Shown: positions 7,938-16,800 of the stretch, in pieces
Numbering within the stretch: the first letter of the stretch is position 1
Layout of the letters: each line of letters starts with the position of its first letter
Source: Rickettsiales bacterium
GTDB lineage: Bacteria; Pseudomonadota; Alphaproteobacteria; Rickettsiales; UBA8987
Direction: 5' to 3'
Assembly: GCA_020630095.1 (NCBI GenBank)
Contig: JAHDCD010000001.1
Location: 5,698-69,697 of the forward strand
DNA: 64,000 nucleotides
Notes under the pieces: generated by a model
The model's input: only the letters and a program-made list of their open reading frames with translations
What the model was told of the DNA's origin: nothing
Databases searched by the model: none
Made by a program: the position numbers and the translations under genes

Positions 7938-9929
7938 ATGAAAGGTCATGAATTTAGAAATGGTTCCATTCTAGCAATATTTTTAATTATTGCTGTAGCT
8001 ATCTTTGCGTATTTTGGTGCTTTAGGCACAATGGTTTGGACTTATGTTCCAGAGCATACTGACAAATTAAAATTCAATCCTCCTGCGACATTTAAAACTT
8101 ATGGTCATATAGTTAATACTAGAGCCAATGCTGTTAAACAGCGTGAAAAGTATTTAAACTATCTTGCTGAAAATAATGAAAAATTTAGGCGTGTAATTGC
8201 AGCAGTAAAGAAAGATAAAAGATATAAGCAGAAATATGGGAGTATCCTAAAAACGTATCAACAGGTGCGAGGTAAAATATCTAGCTATGATAAGTTAATT
8301 CAGAAGATTAATTTACGCCTTTTTATTCCCCCAGTAGCGGTACTTTTTATATTTCTAATGTTCTTGTGGATGGTGCGAGCTCCGCTTAAGGATTTCCGTC
8401 CGTTTAAAGCTAAAGAGAAACTGCATGGTGATGCAAAATGGGCTAAGAAAAAAGATGTTAAAAAGGCAGGTTTATTTGATAAACATGGGGTTCTTTTAGG
8501 AAAATGGGGAACGCAATATTTATGTGTTGGTGGTTATCAGCATTCGTTATTATTTGCACCTACTGGTTCTGGTAAAGGTGTTGGTTTTGTAATACCTAAC
8601 CTTCTGTTTTGGAAGGAAAGTGCTATAGTGCATGACATTAAATTAGAGAACTATGAGCTTACATCTGGCTACAGAAAGAAAAAGATGAAGCAAAAAGTTT
8701 TCTTGTGGAATCCGGCGTCTCCTAAGGGCTTTTCGCATTGTTATAACCCACTTGATTGGGTTGCGCGTGAATTAGGGCAGATGGTAGATGATGTGCAGAA
8801 AATTGCCAGTTTACTATTGCCGGAGCAGGAGTTTTGGCAGAATGAGGCGCGTTCATTATTCTTAGGGGTAACTTTATATTTATTATCTGTTCCGGAGAAA
8901 ACGAAAACATTTGGCGAGGTTGTGCGTACCTTACGCTCGGATGATTTTGTATATAATATGGCGGTAGTGCTTGATACATTGGGTGAGCAAATTCACCCCG
9001 TAGCGTATATGAATATTGCGGCGTTTTTACAAAAAGCAGATAAAGAACGTTCGGGTGTAGTTTCTACGCTTAACTCGTCGTTAGAACTTTGGGCTAACCC
9101 ATTAATTGATGCTACTACAGCTTCATCTGACTTTGACTTTAATCAATTTAAACATACTCCAAATACTGTTTATGTAGGCTTAACGCCTGATAACATTGAA
9201 CGTTTACAGCCATTAATGCAGATTTTCTATCAGCAGGCTGCGCAGATAATGACAGCGCATATGCCAACAGATGAAGAGAAAATTGGTGTATTGATGATGC
9301 TCGATGAGTTTCCAACACTTGGTGAAATGGCGATATTCAAACAGGGTATCGCGTATTTCCGTGGTTATAAGGTTAGATTGTTCTTAATTATTCAGGATAC
9401 GGAGCAGTTGAAGGATATTTATGAAGAGGCTGGTATGAATTCGTTTATTGCCAACGCCTCGTTCCGTATTACGTTTGCGGCGAATACTATTGAAACGGCG
9501 AAGATGATATCTGAGATGATTGGTAATAAGACCGTTAAGCAATATTCGCGTAATACACCGGTATTCCTTGACCTTAACCCTGCATCTCGTTCGAAGCATA
9601 TATCTGAAGGGCAGAGAGCATTGTTATTACCGCAGGAAGTTATTGGTTTACCGCGTGATGAGCAGATTATTTTAATTGAGTCTCAACCGCCGATAAAGTC
9701 TAAAAAGATTTTCTACTATAAGGATAAGTTCTTCTTAAAGAAGCTGATTGATCCTTCATTTGTTCCAAATCAAGAGCCTTACGATCCGAAGAAAAAGAAG
9801 AAAAAAGAAGAGGAGGCTAAGAAAGCCGCCGAAGAAGCTGAAAAAGCCAAGGCAGAAGAAGCTAAAGCTGAGATGGCTAAAAAAGAAGAGGTAAAAGAAG
9901 CTCCAGAAGAGAAAAAAGAAGAGGTCTAA
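7938..9929 (+). CDS. virD4: Type IV secretion coupling protein VirD4/TraG, with a Lys/Glu-rich C-terminal tail
   Basis: N-terminal TM helices; Walker A FAPTGSGKGVGFVIPN; Walker B MMLDEFPTLG; IIQDTEQL motif; last ~55 aa are K/E/A-rich. Confidence 0.9.
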   Translation: MKGHEFRNGSILAIFLIIAVAIFAYFGALGTMVWTYVPEHTDKLKFNPPATFKTYGHIVNTRANAVKQREKYLNYLAENNEKFRRVIAAVKKDKRYKQKYGSILKTYQQVRGKISSYDKLIQKINLRLFIPPVAVLFIFLMFLWMVRAPLKDFRPFKAKEKLHGDAKWAKKKDVKKAGLFDKHGVLLGKWGTQYLCVGGYQHSLLFAPTGSGKGVGFVIPNLLFWKESAIVHDIKLENYELTSGYRKKKMKQKVFLWNPASPKGFSHCYNPLDWVARELGQMVDDVQKIASLLLPEQEFWQNEARSLFLGVTLYLLSVPEKTKTFGEVVRTLRSDDFVYNMAVVLDTLGEQIHPVAYMNIAAFLQKADKERSGVVSTLNSSLELWANPLIDATTASSDFDFNQFKHTPNTVYVGLTPDNIERLQPLMQIFYQQAAQIMTAHMPTDEEKIGVLMMLDEFPTLGEMAIFKQGIAYFRGYKVRLFLIIQDTEQLKDIYEEAGMNSFIANASFRITFAANTIETAKMISEMIGNKTVKQYSRNTPVFLDLNPASRSKHISEGQRALLLPQEVIGLPRDEQIILIESQPPIKSKKIFYYKDKFFLKKLIDPSFVPNQEPYDPKKKKKKEEEAKKAAEEAEKAKAEEAKAEMAKKEEVKEAPEEKKEEV

Positions 9930-9983
9930 AAAAGAGTTTTAAAGATTAACTTTATATTAATTATCTCGCTGTAACATAGAAAT

Positions 9984-11252
9984 GTGCAAATTATTTTACA
10001 TTCCGATATTGAAGGCTCTGAAGAGAATTGCAAAAAATGGATGCAATGGCTTGAGCAGAAAGGAGCTGATGAAATAATTAAACATATGAATCCAGCTTTT
10101 GAGGAGAGGTTTCAATTAATTGATCAAATAGTGGCTGAACAGCGTAGCGAGTCTGAAATAGATGTTGAATCTAGCCTTACGGAAGGTTCATTAGCTCTTG
10201 TAGGAGATGAAGTGGAGTCTCACCTCAAAGAAATGGAAGTTTATGAAAAAAGAGTGAGGTCTCTTAAAAGTTCTGGTATTACAATAATTGGTAAATCCCA
10301 TTCCTCTAGGATGTATGATATAATGAGTGATCAACATGAAGCTAATGCTAAATTTCGATTAGGTGAAGCGTATTTTAGTAGAAATGACCCTGATGGGCCA
10401 ACGAAACTTTCTGCAGAAGAGGCTTTTCTTAGAAGAGCTTATGTTGGTGGTATGCATTTTTCACCTATGCCAATTTTCATTAATCAGAAAGCTGTAGATG
10501 AGCTTGAGTGTGATTGGTTTGAAACAGATTTTCCAGAAGTTAATTCTTTTTATGATTATGGTTTTCTTGATAAGAAGGTTGGCTCATTAGAAAAAGAGAG
10601 TGGATTAGAAAGGGTTTATTTTGGAGTTATAAAAATATCTGATGAAGGTGCATTAGAATTGTACGAAGAAGATTTGTTAGAAGAAGCTTCAACAATATTA
10701 ACAAGTTTAATGGAAAACTTTGGTCATGATTTTTTTCATACGTTAACTATTGCAGAAGGGATTGATGGACCAGATATTATATATGATTTAGAAGTTACAT
10801 CTTTTAGAGATGCTAATAAAACCAATGGGTTAGAAGAGTTTAGTTTACAACTAAACCAAACATTGTTTCTAATGGCTAGAGAGGATGAAAGTGATTGGTA
10901 TAAAGGTTTATTAGAGCTAGTGGATGAAACTGCATCTTTTTTAAGTAAGGTAAAAAATACTTGTTCTAAAGAGTTATATGAAGCTACAGAAGAAATGGCA
11001 TTTGAGTTAATAGCTAACTTTGTAGATAAAGATAAATTACGAGAATCTAAGCCTGAAAGTTGGTCGAAAATACTAGCAGAATCTAGCGTTATATCTAGCG
11101 ATGCTTTTATATATCACGGAGATGCGGTTGGTGTAACAGGTGTTCTGAAGAAGTTAATGGGAGCGATAGAAAAGGATTATGGCTATATTCAGTCTCAACC
11201 ACCTAGTAGAGATATATTGCCAAATAGGTATGATCCAGACTTGAGAATTTAG
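9984..11252 (+). CDS. Hypothetical acidic protein (422 aa) immediately downstream of virD4; no signal peptide
   Basis: Long ORF with a GTG start. No motif recognised. Confidence 0.5.
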   Translation: MQIILHSDIEGSEENCKKWMQWLEQKGADEIIKHMNPAFEERFQLIDQIVAEQRSESEIDVESSLTEGSLALVGDEVESHLKEMEVYEKRVRSLKSSGITIIGKSHSSRMYDIMSDQHEANAKFRLGEAYFSRNDPDGPTKLSAEEAFLRRAYVGGMHFSPMPIFINQKAVDELECDWFETDFPEVNSFYDYGFLDKKVGSLEKESGLERVYFGVIKISDEGALELYEEDLLEEASTILTSLMENFGHDFFHTLTIAEGIDGPDIIYDLEVTSFRDANKTNGLEEFSLQLNQTLFLMAREDESDWYKGLLELVDETASFLSKVKNTCSKELYEATEEMAFELIANFVDKDKLRESKPESWSKILAESSVISSDAFIYHGDAVGVTGVLKKLMGAIEKDYGYIQSQPPSRDILPNRYDPDLRI

Positions 11253-11291
11253 GTACTTCCGCGCTGGTTTTATGTCAGTAATAAGAAGGCT

Positions 11292-11903
11292 ATGTTTATT
11301 GATACTAGATTTCCTGAAGACGTTGCATATGAGGCGGTAAGCTCTACCGCGTTTTCTACAAATGTTACTGAACTTAATAATGGCTACGAGCAACGTAACA
11401 TGAATTGGATTATGGCAAGGAGAGAGTTTGAGGTTACGTCTGCTAGGCAATGTGAGGCGCGTAAAGATGAGATTTTAAATCTATATAATAATGCAAAAGG
11501 TAGGGCGAATAGTTTCCGCTTTAAGGATTGGAGTGATTATAAGGTGCAGAATCAAGAAATTGCGATTGCTGATGGTGTTAGGGATAGTTTTCAATTAATT
11601 AAAAATTATAAAATAGCTTCAGAAACTCATATTCGTAATATAACTAAGCCTGTTAGTGGTTCGGTTGTTGTGTATATGGATGGAAATCAGGCTATAGAGG
11701 GTGTGGATTATAGTTTAGACTACTCTACGGGCATGGTTTTATTTATAAATATTCCAGCTTTAGCAGAGGTAATTACTGCAGATTTTGAATTTGATAATGA
11801 GGTGCGTTTTAATAATGATAGTCTTGATATTAAGCTGTTAGATGAAAAATCTTATAAAATTAGCAAAGTAAAACTTATTGAAATAAAAGCTAAGAGTGCC
11901 TGA
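11292..11903 (+). CDS. GTA/phage distal-tail protein homologue (RcGTA g12-like, DUF2460 / TIGR02217)
   Basis: The N-terminus FIDTRFPEDVAYEAVSS...TNVTELNNGYEQRNMNW...GRANSFRFKDWSDYKV matches the TIGR02217 pattern. Confidence 0.75.
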   Translation: MFIDTRFPEDVAYEAVSSTAFSTNVTELNNGYEQRNMNWIMARREFEVTSARQCEARKDEILNLYNNAKGRANSFRFKDWSDYKVQNQEIAIADGVRDSFQLIKNYKIASETHIRNITKPVSGSVVVYMDGNQAIEGVDYSLDYSTGMVLFINIPALAEVITADFEFDNEVRFNNDSLDIKLLDEKSYKISKVKLIEIKAKSA

Positions 11904-11949
11904 ATAAGGTGTTTTTTTAATTTCTTACCTTAGTTGGTTTAATTTATTC

Positions 11950-11978
11950 TTGAGATAGAATTCTATTAAGGTTATAAC
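11950..11978 (+). promoter_or_regulatory. Sigma70-like promoter candidate for the tRNA-Pro/tRNA-Tyr unit
   Basis: TTGAGA, a 17-nt spacer, then TATAAC, about 80 nt upstream of tRNA-Pro. Confidence 0.35.
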
Positions 11979-12059
11979 TTCGCTACTTTATGGCGGAGTG
12001 TAGCACCCGTTGCGAGCAGCAACAATTTAATAGGGCAAGCTACATGAAGCCATGTATGG

Positions 12060-12136
12060 CGGAGTGTAGCGCAGCCCGGTAGCGCACCTGGTTTGGGACC
12101 AGGGGGTCGTAGGTTCGAATCCTATCACTCCGACCA
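12060..12136 (+). tRNA. tRNA-Pro (anticodon TGG), CCA encoded
   Basis: Cloverleaf folded by hand: acceptor CGGAGTG/CACTCCG, D stem GCGC/GCGC, anticodon stem CCTGG/CCAGG with loop TTTGGGA, T arm GTAGG-TTCGAAT-CCTAT, 3' ACCA. Confidence 0.9.
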
Positions 12137-12164
12137 TTATTAATATAGCCCATTGAGGCAGTAT

Positions 12165-12250
12165 GGTGAGATGGCCGAGTGGTTAAAGGCAGCAGACTGT
12201 AAATCTGCCCGCGTATGCGTACATAGGTTCGAATCCTATTCTCACCACCA
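12165..12250 (+). tRNA. tRNA-Tyr (anticodon GTA) with long variable arm, CCA encoded
   Basis: Acceptor GGTGAGA/TCTCACC, anticodon loop CTGTAAA, long variable arm, T loop TTCGAATC, 3' ACCA. Confidence 0.9.
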
Positions 12251-12252
12251 TC

Positions 12253-12283
12253 AAAAAAAGGTAGCTTTAGCTGCCTTTTTTTT
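12253..12283 (+). terminator. Rho-independent terminator after tRNA-Tyr
   Basis: A-run, GGTAGC ttta GCTGCC stem (one G-U pair), then T8. Confidence 0.5.
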
Positions 12284-12396
12284 GTGGTTTGATTATTATG
12301 GTTTTGATTCTAGTAATGCGTTAGCATTGCGAGTTCGACAAAAAGCTTAGCGAACGTAGTGAGGTTAGTGTTTGCAGCGCAGGCGAAGCCGAGCAC

Positions 12397-12454
12397 ATCC
12401 TATTCTCACCACCATCAAAAAAAGGTAGCTTTAGCTGCTTTTTTTTTGTGATTT
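12397..12454 (+). repeat. Direct repeat of the tRNA-Tyr 3' end plus its terminator (second copy of 12233-12290; about 3 mismatches)
   Basis: ATCCTATTCTCACCACCATCAAAAAAAGGTAGCTTTAGCTGC... occurs at both positions, 164 bp apart. Confidence 0.85.
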
Positions 12455-12462
12455 GATAAAAA

Positions 12463-13779
12463 TTATTTAATTTCAGTATTATTTGTTTTTTGAATGCTAG
12501 GAGAATTGGGTTTATTTAGTTTTCCGATTGAATCCATTAAACTTTGTTCATCCCATGAAGGTTCAGAGGTAGTTTTCTTGCTCATTGGTTCAGCTAAACG
12601 TATCATTTCTGCTTTTAATTCTGGCTCAAGGTCAGCGAAAGGTTCGCTAGCTAAGCTTTGTGAATTAGATGGGTGCAAGCTAGCAACTTTGATTGGTTGT
12701 GCCTTAACGAGGTTATTGTCGTTAGTGGCAGAAGCAACAATTGTTGTGTTGGCTTTTGTATAGTCAAATGCGTATGAACCATTGCTAGAAGGATTAAATG
12801 TCATAACCATTTGTGAGGAATCAATACCAAGATATTCATCTATGGCTCTATCTACAGCTTGTTTTTTCTTTTCATAATGTGGAACTATAGCTTGTATATC
12901 ATCGGAGATACTACTTATTCCATAGAAATTAGTTTCGTAATTTCTACCTTCACTTATGGCGTTTTCCATTTCTATGTAATTCATAACAAATTCCATAGCT
13001 CGTAGTTTTCCATCAACTTCTAAGTCACGCTCGGCATTAGCATTCGTATTGGGTGAGTTTACTATATGCCCTTGGGTTAAGTAGCCATCAAGGCTTACGG
13101 CGTTATGAACTCTATCCATAGCCAGATTAAAATCATCTCTGCCTTTATTGGAATATACTATGTTTACTTGATTATCTTTATCTGTAAGTCCTAAAGGACT
13201 GTCTTCAGGGTTGGCCGTAGCATATGTTATACCATGAGTTGTGCCTTTTGCATTTCCAGCTCTAACTGCATGTGCATGATTAAACTCTTCATCTAAGACT
13301 AAGAAGTTTAAATGTTTTTGAGTTATTTCTCTACCGCTTATGTCATGTCCAGCTTGTAACATTGATACGTTATCTTCTGTGGCTACAGATTGTGAAACGT
13401 TTTGAATATAAATTACATCGGGAACTGTGTTGCCGAATTTATTTGTATGTTCGCGTGAATAAAAACCTTGAGCTCCAGATTTACCGCCACCCATTGTTGT
13501 TACTTGAATAGGGGCAGTGTTAGCATTTGTATATACTATAACGCCACCTTCGGGATGACCTTTGTCAATTGATGCCCTAGCGCGTGGATTAAGTGAGATA
13601 TATTCCAGCATTTCTTCGGCCATCTTTTTAGCTTCATCGGTGCCGAAGTTCATAATTTCATCGTATGTATATGTTTGAACAGACTGGTCTACTAAGCCGT
13701 TATTTGTGCCATTAGGATAAGGATTATCCATCACAAATTTAAAGGCTTGCATATAGTCTTTAAAATCTTCTTTTTTCAT
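12463..13779 (-). CDS. Hypothetical protein (438 aa), co-oriented with and 77 bp downstream of the giant autotransporter; no signal peptide
   Basis: Long ORF with an AAGGG-type RBS. No family recognised. Confidence 0.55.
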   Translation of the reverse strand: MKKEDFKDYMQAFKFVMDNPYPNGTNNGLVDQSVQTYTYDEIMNFGTDEAKKMAEEMLEYISLNPRARASIDKGHPEGGVIVYTNANTAPIQVTTMGGGKSGAQGFYSREHTNKFGNTVPDVIYIQNVSQSVATEDNVSMLQAGHDISGREITQKHLNFLVLDEEFNHAHAVRAGNAKGTTHGITYATANPEDSPLGLTDKDNQVNIVYSNKGRDDFNLAMDRVHNAVSLDGYLTQGHIVNSPNTNANAERDLEVDGKLRAMEFVMNYIEMENAISEGRNYETNFYGISSISDDIQAIVPHYEKKKQAVDRAIDEYLGIDSSQMVMTFNPSSNGSYAFDYTKANTTIVASATNDNNLVKAQPIKVASLHPSNSQSLASEPFADLEPELKAEMIRLAEPMSKKTTSEPSWDEQSLMDSIGKLNKPNSPSIQKTNNTEIK

Positions 13780-13856
13780 AACACCCTTTCTTTCCCTCTG
13801 ATAGTGGAGCGCTGAATTTCAACACTCCACCGAAGAGGGGTTATTCTAATTGAAGG

Positions 13857-16800
13857 TTAGAAGTTATACTTATAACCTAATTTAAGCACTGAATCTGATT
13901 CTTCACCACCTAAGCCTTGTTCATACTTAAAGTGACCAAATAAATTATGCTTGTTAATTTCGTTATCGTTAAACATTGAGCCATCAACACCAACACCAAG
14001 TCTTAAGCGACTGCTTGTTTCATTTTCTTTATAAGAAGTGAATGATGTACCAAGTATTTCAGCTTCAATATTTTCTTCCATTTTTATAATGTCAGCTACA
14101 ATTTCAGTTTCAATATAAGGTGAAACTAACATGTTATTTAAGATGCCGATTCTTTTATCCATTATTGCTCTAGCACCTAAGTTTGCAGATGCATAGCTAG
14201 TTGAATAATGGCTTACGTCTAAGTCTGAGATGTTATCACCAGTTTCTAGTGCTTCACCTGAGCGGATATATTGATATTCTAAGCCACCATATGGTCTGAA
14301 TAATACAGAACCTGCATGAAGATCATAACCTGCTTCGCCTTTAAAACCTAAAACATAAGTGGCAAAGTCTGAAACGCTTGTTGATGATGCTGAACCTGCA
14401 TTTGTTGTTCTTGTTACATCAGTTTTTGCTGCGTTTAAACTTGCGATACCACTTAGCTTAATGCCGTTATCTAATGCATATGAACCATAACCACCAACAG
14501 ACACAATACGAGAGCTTGAATCAAAGCCTGAATCTTCATCAATATCTTTAGTTACATAAGATACCATTGCACCTAGTTTGTAATTATCTTGTAAGCAATC
14601 ACCTGCTACAAATACACCATCAGATGATGTTGTATATTTATGGGCATTTTCACCGCCTGAACCATTACCATTAATGTAACCGCCGTAAGCTGAACATTCA
14701 TAGTTTTTAACTTTCTTATCTTTACCGAACTCGCCTACGTTATTGTAGTCGCCGGATTTACGATTTGCTTTATCTGAGGCAAATATTCTGTCATGTGCGA
14801 TATTTAAGAAGTTTGATACCGCTCTTGAGATTGAGTTGTTAGCTGAAATATAACCTTCAGCACTCATAGACTCTAACGCTGCTGTACGCTTTGTTAAATC
14901 ACTGTCATTTATATTAGCAAGTAGCGCTTGAACATCAGGAATAATGAATGTGTCATTTTCTTGAGCGGCTTTTGAGATTGAATTACAGATAGACTTAGCT
15001 TCATCAGATAAAGATTCTACATTAGCACAATCAGCTTTTGCGTAACCTAATACGGCATTTAATTCACCAGTCTCTTGATCTACTTCTTTTGTCCAAGCGT
15101 ATAGGTCGTCTTTTACAGGAGCTTCAATAACAACACCATTGTCAATAATTGCACCATTTGATCGTACTACAGTAACTTTATCACCTGGTTTTAATGAAAG
15201 TAGTTCTTCTTTATTTCTTACATTGATTTCAATAACGCCATCTAAAATTGCATTACCAGCAACTTTTAATGGTTCAATAACTGTATCTACATCATCAAGT
15301 TTTTCTTCTTCAGTAGTTTGAGTTACAATAATTTTACCATCTTCAGTTTGAACGATATCACCAACTATCATCACATTATCGCCACTTATTTCGCCTTCGT
15401 TAACTATTCTGTCAGATAAAATTACGTTTTTACCGCCACCTAGGTTAACAACACCGCCTTGAGCTATTCTTGAATTTTTTGCATCAATTGCATCATTACC
15501 TGCACCAAGATTAACTTCTGTATCTATTACTTCAGATGCTACTACAAGGTCGCTGTTTTCAGTGCCTTCAATATCTTCCTCAGTACCTTCGGATACATCA
15601 ATATTTACGCCACCTTCTTCATTACCAGCTATTTCAGCATCTTTTAATGCAGTTACAACGCATTCCCATTTACCGTTTTTACGTTGAGCAACTTCATCGT
15701 TTTCTTTATCACATAAAGGTTTTTCATCATCAATATTTGCGATTTGAGAATTGTTCCCACCGCTATTGCCATCTTCATCGCCGCCGCCACCAAGTGCATT
15801 TTGTGCTAGGCCAAGTAAACCCATGATAGCTTGAAGTGGATTAAATGCTCCGCTACCACCTAATAAAGATGATGCAGCACCTAATGGGCCATTTGAACCT
15901 GAGCCACCATAGTTGCTAGAACCACCATTACAATCTGCACAATATGATCCACCATTATATGAACCCGCTCCATCAGAAACTTTGGTTGGTTGAGGACCTT
16001 GATAGATAGGAGTGCCATCAGGTGCTGTTCCAACAATTACACCAGTTTCTTGACCAGGAATTTGAGAGATATTATTTGGAACATCAGCTTCAGCTAGGCT
16101 AAATGGATCATCAGTAGTATAAGTGATATTACCTTGAGCATCTACTATACCTGTAATTTTCTTACCATTAAGCGTACCTTCAACTACTTTTGTAACATCC
16201 TCATTAAATACAGGGTTACCTTTAGAATCTTTTACTATGCTACCATCAGCATTTGTTTTGTAGCGTGGTAATTCTTCTTTTGTAACTTTAAAGCCTGAGT
16301 ATGTAGGATCTGAACCATCAGGGTTAAGTGTTACAGTTTTTGTTTCTGTGCCACCTGCCTTATTACCACCAGATTTTAAGAATTCTGGGCTTAATTTAGA
16401 CAAATCTTGTTCTGAAGTTTGTACAGAAGCAGGTTGTGTTCCGTTTATTGTATCAACAACTTCTTGATTAGTTTTGCCTTGTCCTTTTAAATCGGTGATT
16501 TGTTCTCTAGTAGCGTTACTGAAATTACCATTAACGAATTCAACGTCACCATTTTTACCTATATCAACAATTTTATCTTTTTGAGCTATTGTAGAAGGTT
16601 GGTTAGTTTCTACAGTTTCTTTTCTGATTCTAAATTCATCATTTACAGATTTCACAGCATCTTCAACAGAAGCGCCATTTGCTCTGGCATTTCTGTATGC
16701 TTCATTAACATTTTCTGTACCAACAAGACGACCAGTATTTGTCATATGTGCGGCGCCATCTTCATTTACTCTTAATACATTATTACCTTCATGGTGTATT

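Noticed and set aside
12153-12350. 65-aa ORF in the track
   Set aside because: It is simply a reading frame across tRNA-Tyr and its terminator, so it is not a protein gene.
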